A stretch of DNA of 64,000 nucleotides from Vulcanimicrobiota bacterium. GTDB taxonomy: Bacteria > Vulcanimicrobiota > Vulcanimicrobiia > Vulcanimicrobiales > Vulcanimicrobiaceae. This document shows positions 47,934-58,394 of this stretch, one piece after another. The translations under genes were made by a program, and so were the position numbers. The notes under the pieces were generated by a model that searched no databases, was not told where the DNA came from, and saw only the letters and a list, made by a program, of their open reading frames with translations. Position 1 is the first letter of the stretch. Each line of letters opens with the position of its first letter. The DNA is taken from positions 5,433-69,432 of the forward strand of contig CAVTWE010000003.1 in NCBI GenBank assembly GCA_963738335.1, read 5' to 3'.

Positions 47934-48325
47934 CGATGGGAAGCGATGCCAACGAGTTCGACGCGCTGGATCGCGCGTTGTTTGGGCTTCCGCTTGAGGA
48001 GCCGCCGGCCGGTATGCGATCGGCTATTCTCCATGCGACGGTGTACCGTCAGCATCACGCGTTTCCATGGTGGGAATCCGTGACGTTCGGCGCGCTTGGC
48101 GCCGTCGGCGTGTGGCTTATTATTGCGATCTTTTTGAGCGGCGGTTCGCTGTTCGTGCACACGTTGGGGGCGATTACCTCAACCGTCATCGTGGCACTCT
48201 CCCATGGGGCCACGGCAATGTGGCTCGCCGCCGGCGCAGCAACGGCAGTGTGGCTCTCACTTTTCACCGTATCCCAACCCGCTCCCACGCAAGAATACAG
48301 GTCCGAACACAACAACGTGCGATAA
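47930..48325 (+). CDS. putative membrane anti-sigma factor
   Basis: ATGA overlap with the sigma gene. A short cytoplasmic N-terminus is followed by 3 TM helices. Confidence 0.55.
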   Translation: MTMGSDANEFDALDRALFGLPLEEPPAGMRSAILHATVYRQHHAFPWWESVTFGALGAVGVWLIIAIFLSGGSLFVHTLGAITSTVIVALSHGATAMWLAAGAATAVWLSLFTVSQPAPTQEYRSEHNNVR

Positions 48326-48334
48326 TCTCTTCCT

Positions 48335-49027
48335 ATGGACAATTCGGTGGCGTCCGAGCGGCGTCAATATAGAATCCTCGTCATCGAGGACGATGCGGCG
48401 ATCGGCCGGGTACTGCAGCTGGAACTGGAACACGAAGGTTACGACGTCGAGGTCGCTCGCGACGGCTTAGCCGGCCTGGAGAAGGCGCTCAAAGAGCCCG
48501 ATCTGGTGATTCTCGATCTCATGCTGCCGCGTATGGACGGCATCGAAGTTTGTAAACGGATCCGCGCAAAAAGCCGCGTTCCGATTATCATGCTGACAGC
48601 CCGCGATCGCGTGCCCGATCGCGTGGAGGGCCTGGACGTCGGCGCGGATGACTACGTCACCAAACCGTTTTCGACCGACGAGCTGCTCGCCCGGGTGCGT
48701 GCGCGGCTGCGCGAAAAAGCGCCGAAGAGCAATCTCATCGAGTACCGCGACGTCGTCATGGATCGCGACCGTCACGAAGTGCATCGCGACGGTAAACCGA
48801 TCGCGCTGACCGCCAAGGAGTACGCCTTACTTGAGTACTTGCTGCTGCACCGTAACAAAGTACACACCCGCGACGAACTCTTCAACGGCGTCTGGGGCAG
48901 CGATTTCCTCGGCGACTCCAACCTGATCGACGTCTACATACGCTACTTGCGCGGCAAGATCGACGACGGATTCGACGACAAGCTCATCACAACGGTGCGA
49001 GGCGTAGGCTACACCATAAAGGACTAG
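48335..49027 (+). CDS. OmpR/PhoB-family response regulator
   Basis: ILVIEDD...DLVILDLMLPRMDG...MLTAR...GADDYVTKPF. The winged helix is ...LTAKEYALLEYLL...VRGVGY. Confidence 0.93.
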   Translation: MDNSVASERRQYRILVIEDDAAIGRVLQLELEHEGYDVEVARDGLAGLEKALKEPDLVILDLMLPRMDGIEVCKRIRAKSRVPIIMLTARDRVPDRVEGLDVGADDYVTKPFSTDELLARVRARLREKAPKSNLIEYRDVVMDRDRHEVHRDGKPIALTAKEYALLEYLLLHRNKVHTRDELFNGVWGSDFLGDSNLIDVYIRYLRGKIDDGFDDKLITTVRGVGYTIKD

Positions 49028-49033
49028 CCTCGG

Positions 49034-49192
49034 TGCATCGCAAGACGGGGGCGATGAGAAAGCTCCAACTTTTTTGGCCATCGCAGGATGCGATATTCAA
49101 AACTTTCTTTTGCCAAAAAAGTGGCGCAGCAGGAGCTCCGCCTGGATGGCGGAGCGACGAGCGGTTTAGAATCGCCCCCGTCCTGCAGTGCA
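49034..49192. other. ~160-nt nested inverted-repeat element (candidate structured ncRNA or MITE/REP-like insertion) between RR and HK genes
   Basis: GACGGGGGCGAT (49044-55) pairs perfectly with ATCGCCCCCGTC (49171-82), and the flanks pair partly. Inner pairs: CCAACTTTTTTGG (49065-77) with CCAAAAAAGTGG (49113-24). Local hairpins: TCGCA-gga-TGCGA (49081-93) and CTCCGCC-tggat-GGCGGAG (49136-54). Confidence 0.5.
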
Positions 49193-49208
49193 ACGAGGCT
49201 ATGGCTTC

Positions 49209-50657
49209 ATGTCGTTAAAGTGGCGGATTGCGCTGAGCTACACGCTGTTGCTGCTGATTGCGATTTGCGCGATGAGCGGGATCATCGCGTGGCGGTTTCA
49301 GCAGATTCTCGAGTATCAAGCCGAGGCGACGGTGAACGGAACGATGCGGGCGATCGTGCAGTTCGCGCAGCAATCCAGCACGCCGTTCTCCCTCGAAGAC
49401 TCGCCGATGGGGGCCCTGCAGTTTCTTTTCAACAGCAGCAATCTTGCAACGTGGAACTCCGCCACCAGCTTCGTGCAGGTCGATTCGAGCGACGGTTATC
49501 CGCTGGCAAAGACCGAGAACCTCGGATCGCTGACGATCCCGCCGGATTTCAACGTGACCGCAGCGCACGACGTAAACTTTCGCCACATCGCACTAGGAGG
49601 CCGGCCGTTCTTAGTCGAGGACCGCTATCTGCTCGAAGGGGTCAACGCAGCGGTCATTCATGTCGCCGAACCGATCGATACGCTGGAACGCACGTTCACC
49701 GCCGCGCGCGATGTCATCTTCATCGTGCTGGCGATCGTGGCTGCGGCCGTCATCGTCCTCTCTATCGTACTAGCCGCGCAGGCGACGACGCCGATCGACG
49801 CGCTGGCGCGACGCATGCGCGGCATCAGTTCCGATCGCCTCGCGCTCGCAGCGGCAAGCGGTTCGCTGGAAGCGTCGGCCAAACTGCGCGATCGTCACGA
49901 TGAGATCGGGCGTTTGGCCAGCACCTTCGACGATCTGCTCGGGCGTCTTGGCGAAGCAATCGCGCGAGAGCGCCAGTTCATCTCCGATGCATCGCACGAA
50001 CTCAAGACGCCGCTTACGTCCATCAACGCTAACGCGCAGATGCTCCTGCGCTGGGGTGATGACGAGCCCGCGATTCGCCACGAAAGTTTGGAGACAATCG
50101 CGCGCGAAAGCGCCGATCTCGCCGGCATGGTCAACGGCATGCTGACGCTTGCGAAAGCCGATCGCGGCGACGAGATTCCAAAGGAGCCGATTTCCCTGAC
50201 GCAAGTGGCGAGTGAGGCGGTGCAGAACGCCGCGCCGCGTGCTGCCGAAAAGCAGGTCGAGCTGCGCTTCGTATACGACGGAACGCCGACCGTCTATGGA
50301 GATCATCACCTGTTGCGTCAGATGATCGGCAATCTCGTCGATAACGCCCTCAAGTTTACCGAGCGCGGTTACGTTGACGTACGCGTCGGCGCGCTTGGCG
50401 ATAAGGCATGGGTCGAGGTGAGCGATAGCGGCCGCGGCATCCCCGACGAGGAACTGCCCAACATTTTCGCCCGCTTTTATCGCGCCGATAAAGCCCATTC
50501 GCGCGCCGTACCGGGTACGGGCCTGGGGCTGGCCATCGTCCGTTCCATTGCCCGCGTGCACGGAGGCGACGTCATCGCCGGTAAGGGTCGGGGCGGAGGC
50601 GCACTTTTCCGCATCACCCTGCCCCGTATGGCGGTTCCGTTCACCGGCCTTTCATGA
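49209..50657 (+). CDS. sensor histidine kinase (TM-sensor-TM-HAMP-HisKA-HATPase)
   Basis: FISDASHELKTPLTSI (H-box); DNALKFT (N-box); DSGRGIP...GTGLGLAIV (G-boxes). Confidence 0.92.
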   Translation: MSLKWRIALSYTLLLLIAICAMSGIIAWRFQQILEYQAEATVNGTMRAIVQFAQQSSTPFSLEDSPMGALQFLFNSSNLATWNSATSFVQVDSSDGYPLAKTENLGSLTIPPDFNVTAAHDVNFRHIALGGRPFLVEDRYLLEGVNAAVIHVAEPIDTLERTFTAARDVIFIVLAIVAAAVIVLSIVLAAQATTPIDALARRMRGISSDRLALAAASGSLEASAKLRDRHDEIGRLASTFDDLLGRLGEAIARERQFISDASHELKTPLTSINANAQMLLRWGDDEPAIRHESLETIARESADLAGMVNGMLTLAKADRGDEIPKEPISLTQVASEAVQNAAPRAAEKQVELRFVYDGTPTVYGDHHLLRQMIGNLVDNALKFTERGYVDVRVGALGDKAWVEVSDSGRGIPDEELPNIFARFYRADKAHSRAVPGTGLGLAIVRSIARVHGGDVIAGKGRGGGALFRITLPRMAVPFTGLS

Positions 50658-50689
50658 TGGCGGCGGGTCTGGGCGGATAAGATGGGGAG

Positions 50690-51703
50690 GTGCAGGGGCT
50701 CTGGCGACGGGGAGCAGTGGCGCTTCTCGTCTTATTTTGTTGTCTGACCCTCGCGACGCAAGCTCGCGCCGACGAGATATTCGACGTTGGTCCAAGCCCC
50801 GTCCTCAACGTGCACGTCAATCGGGGGCAAGTCCACATCGAGACCTGGAATCGCCCCCAAATTTCCATCGCTTCGGACCGCCCGCTCGCGGTGCGCCATC
50901 TCGCGCCTGCAGCAGTCGATCCCGGCGTCCCTCGGCAGTTACAAATGGAATCGCAGCGCGTCCAAACCGAACACGGCCTGGTCGTTCTGCCCGCCGAGTC
51001 GTTCGTGTTGCCGGAACTCGCACCGATCCCGCACGATGCGATCATCGCCAACGGCACCGGTAACGTCACCATCATGATTCCTCGCGGCACCGCCATGGTG
51101 CTGGCGCATCAGCGCGCCGGCCACTTGACGATATCGAACTATAGCGGCGTCTTTATCGCGCACAGCCACCGGGCGACGATCTCGCTCGATCGCGTGAGTG
51201 GAACCGGTTTTGTCGAGTCGCTGCGCGGGCGCATCCTCGCAACGAGTTCGAGTTTCGAACGGCTGCGTGTGCGCACCGCCACCGGCGACATGTACTTCCG
51301 CAACTGCACCTCGCATCAGATTCAAGCGAACAGCGCATACGGCTCGATCGTCTACGACGACGGCCACTTTCAACCGGGGCTCGCGCGTTTTGAATCCGAT
51401 CACGGCAACGTCGCACTCGGGGTCAACGGTGGTGCGCAGATCGGCGCACATAGCGGTTCCGGACACGTCGTCTCCAACTTTCGCAACGAGGCCGACGTGC
51501 GCGGCAATCACGCGACGAAACAAGCACGCGTACGCGGCGGTGGTCCGGTCGTCACCGCGACCTCAAAGAACGGTTCGGTGTATCTCTATAGCGGTTCCAT
51601 GCGCGATCATCCGCGCGTGCGGCAAGAACTCAACGGGAGCACACGGTTACCGGGCCGCTTCCGCCGTCCGCCTGCGCTAATGCGGTTTCGACGTCCAAGG
51701 TAA
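50690..51703 (+). CDS. secreted DUF4097-type (putative adhesin / LiaF-like beta-helix) protein
   Basis: A signal peptide is followed by repetitive ...G.V.I....G.V.. beta-strand patterns ending GSVYLYSG. The last ~25 aa overlap the convergent MBL gene and may not be genuine. Confidence 0.6.
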   Translation: MQGLWRRGAVALLVLFCCLTLATQARADEIFDVGPSPVLNVHVNRGQVHIETWNRPQISIASDRPLAVRHLAPAAVDPGVPRQLQMESQRVQTEHGLVVLPAESFVLPELAPIPHDAIIANGTGNVTIMIPRGTAMVLAHQRAGHLTISNYSGVFIAHSHRATISLDRVSGTGFVESLRGRILATSSSFERLRVRTATGDMYFRNCTSHQIQANSAYGSIVYDDGHFQPGLARFESDHGNVALGVNGGAQIGAHSGSGHVVSNFRNEADVRGNHATKQARVRGGGPVVTATSKNGSVYLYSGSMRDHPRVRQELNGSTRLPGRFRRPPALMRFRRPR

Positions 51704-52457
51704 AACCGTCGTACGCGGCGATCGACCGCAATCCGGACTCGTCTTCGAACTCCTGAGTTAACCGCCACGGATCTTGCTCCAACATCTTGGTTCCGAAGTG
51801 CTGAAAGACGGCGACTTTCGGCCGCACGTCGAGCACCACGCGTTTTGCTTCGTGCCACGTGAAATGATCGACGTTGAGCGTATCGGCATAGCGTAGCACG
51901 TTGAGGATCAAAACCCCGGGACGGTGCGCCGCGTAGTCCTGCGCGAGCCCCTCGAAATACCGCCCGCACGGCAAATAGGAAACCCGCACGTCGCCGTGCG
52001 TGAAGTGCAGCCCGTAGGTTTGCACCGCGTGTTTGTGCGCCACAGACGTGCGCAGTTCAACTTCACCGATCTTCCATGGGCCGCCGCTCGGCACGAGCTT
52101 TTCGATCCGCTCGGGAAAACGTTGCGCGTATGGCAGCACGACGGGTTCGCGATCGAAGGCGTCCTGCGGCGCGAGCACCGCACCGCGGCGCACGAAGCCG
52201 CCCGACGTCATCGCTTCGATCATCGCATTGACATCGTTGGAGTGATCGAGGTGCTTATGCGACAGCACGATCGCATCGAGTTCGCGTGGATTGCACGGCG
52301 GAACGTGCGAGAGCGCGCGCACGAGCGCGCCGGGACCGGGATCGACGTGAATCTGCGTGTTGCCGAAGCGCATCCACATGCCGCCCGAGGCGCGTAACTG
52401 CCGCGCGACGACGAAACGCGCGCCGCCGCTCCCGAGAAAGAGGATCGAGTCGCTCAC
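51630..52457 (-). CDS. MBL-fold metallo-hydrolase
   Basis: ILFLGSGG...DAIVLSHKHLDHSND is an HxHxDH-type motif. Confidence 0.85.
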   Translation of the reverse strand: MSDSILFLGSGGARFVVARQLRASGGMWMRFGNTQIHVDPGPGALVRALSHVPPCNPRELDAIVLSHKHLDHSNDVNAMIEAMTSGGFVRRGAVLAPQDAFDREPVVLPYAQRFPERIEKLVPSGGPWKIGEVELRTSVAHKHAVQTYGLHFTHGDVRVSYLPCGRYFEGLAQDYAAHRPGVLILNVLRYADTLNVDHFTWHEAKRVVLDVRPKVAVFQHFGTKMLEQDPWRLTQEFEDESGLRSIAAYDGFTLDVETALAQADGGSGPVTVCSR

Positions 52458-53683
52458 GCGAGGACGGGGAGCGTGGAAAAGTTACCGGCGATCACGCCGG
52501 AAGGCGAACGGCCGAGCCAGCGTTCCAACACGGTGGCGTAAACGCTGCGAAAGTCGGTCGTGTACCGCACGTTGCCCATGTTCGACGCGTCCGCCACAGC
52601 GAGATCCGGATAGGCGCCGTAGATGCCGCCGCGCACGCCGCCGCCGATGAGGAAGAGCGGTGAGGCTTCACCGTGGTCCGTGCCGCGATTACCGTTCTCT
52701 TCGATGCGCCGGCCGAACTCACTGAACGTCAGGATGAGGACGCGCTTTTCGTTGCCGTGCGCGGCCAGGTCGGTGTAGAAGGCGCCGATCGCTTCCGAAA
52801 ACTGCTCGAGCAGGTTGTTTTGCGTTTTCTGCTGCGCAACGTGGGTGTCGAACGATCCGTGCTCGACGTAGATCGCGCGCGTGCCGAGATTGCTGCCGAC
52901 GATCTGCGCGGCGAGCGCCAGGCTTCGGCCGAATCCGCTCGACGGATACTGAGCCTTGGGGACGTAGCCCGCGACGAGCTTTGGCAACTCCTCGGAACTG
53001 CGCTGGGCGTCCGATTCGATTTCCATGACGTGTGCGAGGTACGGCGATTGAAACGGCAGCCGGCGGTCCTGCGCTTGCGCCGCATAAGCGTCGCGCGAGG
53101 AGCGGTTGCCGTCGGCGATCATTGCGTACTGATGCAGTCCGGGTATCGCCGGGATATCGGTGCGATCCGATACCATCACGTCGGGCAGCACTTTCGAGAC
53201 GGCAATGCCGCGAAAGAGATTGGCTTGCGCGGATGCAGTCTCATCGAAATAGCGTCCCAGCCAACCGGTGTGCACGTCGCCATGCGGCGAGGCGGTCTGC
53301 CAAATTTCCGTCGAGCGGAAGTGCGAGTGATCGGGATCCGGATAACCGACGCCTTGCACGATTGCCACTTTGCCGTCGTCGTAGAGCCGCTTGATCGCGC
53401 GCATGCCGGGGTTGAGGCCGACGCGCGCGTCGAGGGCAAGCACGTCGCTTTTCGCGATGGCCAATGCAGGACGCAGTCGGTAATACCGATCGTCGCCATG
53501 GGGCACGACGCAGTTCAGTCCGTCGTTACCACCGTAGAGGTTAACGATGAGCAAGCACCGGTCTTCGGCGCCGGGCAGTCCAGGTACGGGCGCTTGCGCG
53601 AGCGCCCTGGCGAAGACGTGATCGGTGTTGGCGATCACGGCCAAGCCGGCGGTGGTTCCAAGCACGAAGTTACGGCGTTTCAT
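52454..53683 (-). CDS. DUF1501 domain protein (sulfatase-fold, Tat-type signal)
   Basis: MKRRNFVLGTTAGLAVIA...LIVNLYGGNDGLN...GYPDPDHSHF...GSFDTH...EFGRR...NGNRGTDHG. Confidence 0.85.
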   Translation of the reverse strand: MKRRNFVLGTTAGLAVIANTDHVFARALAQAPVPGLPGAEDRCLLIVNLYGGNDGLNCVVPHGDDRYYRLRPALAIAKSDVLALDARVGLNPGMRAIKRLYDDGKVAIVQGVGYPDPDHSHFRSTEIWQTASPHGDVHTGWLGRYFDETASAQANLFRGIAVSKVLPDVMVSDRTDIPAIPGLHQYAMIADGNRSSRDAYAAQAQDRRLPFQSPYLAHVMEIESDAQRSSEELPKLVAGYVPKAQYPSSGFGRSLALAAQIVGSNLGTRAIYVEHGSFDTHVAQQKTQNNLLEQFSEAIGAFYTDLAAHGNEKRVLILTFSEFGRRIEENGNRGTDHGEASPLFLIGGGVRGGIYGAYPDLAVADASNMGNVRYTTDFRSVYATVLERWLGRSPSGVIAGNFSTLPVLA

Positions 53684-53749
53684 ACAATCACGTTGCCGAT
53701 CTCAGCGGAGCCCGGAAAGGCGGGCAGACGAAGCGCGACCGAATCAACA

Positions 53750-55147
53750 TCAGTTTAATTGGTAGGCGGGCGTGGCCATCGCAAGATACACCGCGCCGCT
53801 GCTCCGCTGTTGAAAGTTTTCGACCGAGAGCTCTGCGAGCGCGGCGCTTCCGGTACCGTTCAAGAACGCTTCGATCTCGCGCAGCGCTTCCGGCGCGACA
53901 TCGCCTTCCAGGACGTTCTGCGCGACGCGATGCGCGGCGGTCGCAGGATGCAACGAAAGACTGCCCAGCCAAGACGAACCGCTCGCGGTTTGCGAGTTGA
54001 GGAGCCGGCTCAAGAAGTTCTGCCGCGCAATCATCGTGCCGCTCGTCAGCCAATTGGCGCCGCCGGGCCAGCCGGCGACCGTCGGCGGAAAGTAGAGCCG
54101 CTGACCCATTTGCTGCAGTGCGTCCGGAACCGATGGATCCAGCGCGCTCAATCCGAGCGTTTTGTAACTGCCCACCACGAACTCAACCGGACTCTTCACC
54201 AGCGCTCGATACGCCCGCGCGCTGTAGAAGACGCGGCTGCGCAAGATCGTCTCGACCACCGGCGAGAGTTCGTAGTCGTGCTCGCGCAGCAGGCGTGCGA
54301 CGCTTTCTACCAACTGCGGCTCCGGGTCGTTATAGAGCAGCCAGTTCAAAATGCTCGTTGCAAAGAATCGCGCGCACTGCGCCTGCTCGAAAATGATATC
54401 GACGATCTGGTCGCCGCCGAAGCTGCCGCGCCGGCCGAGAAACTGCTTGAGGCCGCTATCGTGCACCGCCGGATTGAAACTCACCGTATCGTCGCGGCGG
54501 TCAACGTGCCAACCGGTCCAAGCGCGCGCCGATTCCCGGACGTCGGTCTCGGTATACCGATCGACGCCGAGCGTGAACAGCTCCATGAGTTCGCGCGCGT
54601 AGTTTTCGTTGGGGTGCGCCGCGACGTTGACGTTGCCGTTGAGATAGATCAGCATGGCGGCGTCTTTGGAGACGTCGCGCGTCAACTCGCGCAGATTGCC
54701 GAGAGCGAATCGGCGGAACAGGGCGTTCTGGTTGTACGTGATCCAGGGAAAATGCGGCGTGGCGCGCGAGGTGAAGTGCCCGTGGAAATACAGCGTCATC
54801 TTCTCTTGAAGCGGCGCCGGCGTGGTCAACATGCGATCGAGCCACCACAACTGCATGCCGTTGATCAGGCGTTTCTTGGCATGGCGCGAACCGGCGGCCA
54901 TTTCCTGCGGCGGCGTTATGCCGGCGCTCGACGGCATGAGAACCAACGAAGCCGCCGCGTCGGCGGCCGTCATGCCGGCGTAGCGCTCGATCTCTTCGGG
55001 CGTTCCGCCAAAACCGGCGCGGCGCAAGAGATGCGCGGCGGCACGCATACCGAGCAGACCGGGGTACGGGCGCAGCGCGGCAGCCGCATCGAGTCGTCCG
55101 GATGGACGCGCAGTACCGCTGACATCGATCGTCATATCTGCCGCCAT
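53750..55147 (-). CDS. DUF1800 domain protein
   Basis: AAHLLRRAGFGGTPEEI...LWWLDRM...LQEKMTLYFHGHF...NENYARELMELFTLG. Confidence 0.85.
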   Translation of the reverse strand: MAADMTIDVSGTARPSGRLDAAAALRPYPGLLGMRAAAHLLRRAGFGGTPEEIERYAGMTAADAAASLVLMPSSAGITPPQEMAAGSRHAKKRLINGMQLWWLDRMLTTPAPLQEKMTLYFHGHFTSRATPHFPWITYNQNALFRRFALGNLRELTRDVSKDAAMLIYLNGNVNVAAHPNENYARELMELFTLGVDRYTETDVRESARAWTGWHVDRRDDTVSFNPAVHDSGLKQFLGRRGSFGGDQIVDIIFEQAQCARFFATSILNWLLYNDPEPQLVESVARLLREHDYELSPVVETILRSRVFYSARAYRALVKSPVEFVVGSYKTLGLSALDPSVPDALQQMGQRLYFPPTVAGWPGGANWLTSGTMIARQNFLSRLLNSQTASGSSWLGSLSLHPATAAHRVAQNVLEGDVAPEALREIEAFLNGTGSAALAELSVENFQQRSSGAVYLAMATPAYQLN

Positions 55148-55238
55148 GCCGCTGTACTTCGCGAAGGCGCAGGCACCGCCCGCGCACGCAACGAGGTCCT
55201 AACCGGGCTCTAAGCGGCTTTCGCCGAAAGGCGGCGCG

Positions 55239-56789
<1,551 letters not shown>

Positions 56790-56811
56790 TCGAGTCCTTA
56801 TCGTCCGGGTT

Positions 56812-57564
56812 CTAAATACCGGCGTACCATTCGTAGCCGCGGTCTTCCCAATAGCCGCCCATGCCGGAGCCGATCGTCGCAAACGTGCCGACGACGTCGA
56901 TGCGCGAGATCCACTTGGCACTCTTGTAACCGAGTTGCGTGGGAACGCGCAGACGCACCGGTGCGCCATGGTCGGGATCGAGCGGCGCGTCGTTGAGCCG
57001 CAGCGCGAGCAACGCTTGCGGGTGGCGCGCCTGATGCATGTCGAGGCTTTCGTAGTAGAGGTTGCCCGAGCCGTCGTTATCCATGCAGTGAAAGACCACG
57101 TAGCGCGCGTCGCCACGCGTGTGCACGGCGTCGAGGACTGCGCCCAGCGGAACGCCGCTCCATTTACCGATTGCGCTCCAACCTTCGACGCAATCGTGCC
57201 GAGTGATCTGCGTGTGCTGCGCCATGCTCTGTAGTTGCGCCAGCGTTATCCCCGCAGGGCGATCGACCGCGCCCTCCACGATCAGACGATACGAGCGAAA
57301 TGCGCCGGCAACCAGCCGGGCGTACGAGGCGTCGGCCGGCGTCGCAAAACCGTTGACCCGAAAGTGTCGATCCACGTCGCGATCGGCATACTCGCGCGCA
57401 AGACCGCGCGTGCCGATGAGGACATGATTAAGTGGTTCGGCCGCGGCGAGGACGCGCCGCACTGCGTCGTTACCGTTGAGTGCCGCGCCAATCGGTCCGC
57501 AACCCGCCAATGCGGAGGCGGCCGAAGCGAGAAAGATGTGACGTTTCATTCGGTTCGGTACCAT
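56812..57564 (-). CDS. molybdopterin-dependent oxidoreductase (sulfite-oxidase-fold, YedY/MsrP-like) lipoprotein
   Basis: Lipobox ASALAGC. ...ITRHDCVEGWSAIGKWSGVPL...PVRLRVPTQLGYKSAKWI. Confidence 0.8.
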   Translation of the reverse strand: MVPNRMKRHIFLASAASALAGCGPIGAALNGNDAVRRVLAAAEPLNHVLIGTRGLAREYADRDVDRHFRVNGFATPADASYARLVAGAFRSYRLIVEGAVDRPAGITLAQLQSMAQHTQITRHDCVEGWSAIGKWSGVPLGAVLDAVHTRGDARYVVFHCMDNDGSGNLYYESLDMHQARHPQALLALRLNDAPLDPDHGAPVRLRVPTQLGYKSAKWISRIDVVGTFATIGSGMGGYWEDRGYEWYAGI

Positions 57565-58337
57565 CCCGTCACCATGGAGCGCATCTGATTCACAACGCCT
57601 TGCGTAAGCACTTGAAACACGTGCACCGCAAAGAAGGCGAGCAACACGAGCATGCCGGCGAAATGCCAGAGCCGAGCGAACTGGCGGCCGCCGAATGCGA
57701 CGGTCAGCGGACCGGCAAGCGCATCAATTCCGGGCGAAAGCGCCAAGCCGGTCAGCACGACGAGCGGCGCAATGACGAACCCGATCGTCGTATATGCAGC
57801 CTTTTGCAAGGGATTATAGATGCCATCGTACGCGGGCGGTGTTCTTCGCAGTTTCAAGTAGTACGCTTGCATCGGCCAGAGTTTGGGCAGATCGCTCGGC
57901 CGCAGCAGCATCTTCCGCAGACTGCCTCTGCGCGCCGTCGCAACGATCCATGCGATCCAGCAGAGCGCCGCGATCCATCCAAAAAAGAAATGCCATCGCC
58001 GCCCTGCCGCCAGATCTTGATAGCCCGGTATGATGACAACGGCAGGAAACGCGTGCGCGGCGTAGCCGCCCATGCCGTCGCCGTTCCAACCCAGCCAACC
58101 CGTCGTGACGAATGTGTGGCCGAAGATCGCGGTGGTGCCCACGCCGTCCTGCGGTGACCCGATCGCGAGCACGCGGCGCGCGGGATTGCTCTTATCGGAC
58201 GCATCGAGATTCGGCGAGGCGTTGAAGATCTGCAGACCACTCCCGACGAGCACGAAAAATGCGAGTACCCAGAGCCAATGGCTCAACCGGGTAACGACGC
58301 CATAGCGGTAGACAGCCCGTGGCTGCGCGCGGTTCAT
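57546..58337 (-). CDS. cytochrome b561 / b-type membrane cytochrome partner of the Mo-oxidoreductase
   Basis: ATG 58337 gives MNRAQPRAVYRYGVVTRLSHWLWVLAFFVLVGSGLQIF... with 4-5 TM segments. The track ORF extends upstream to 58934 as antisense artefact. Confidence 0.75.
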   Translation of the reverse strand: MNRAQPRAVYRYGVVTRLSHWLWVLAFFVLVGSGLQIFNASPNLDASDKSNPARRVLAIGSPQDGVGTTAIFGHTFVTTGWLGWNGDGMGGYAAHAFPAVVIIPGYQDLAAGRRWHFFFGWIAALCWIAWIVATARRGSLRKMLLRPSDLPKLWPMQAYYLKLRRTPPAYDGIYNPLQKAAYTTIGFVIAPLVVLTGLALSPGIDALAGPLTVAFGGRQFARLWHFAGMLVLLAFFAVHVFQVLTQGVVNQMRSMVTGWYRTE

Positions 58338-58394
58338 ACCGTTGAGTATAACGCGGGCGAGGCCCGGTGGGATTGTGACGCGAACCCGCCCGCC

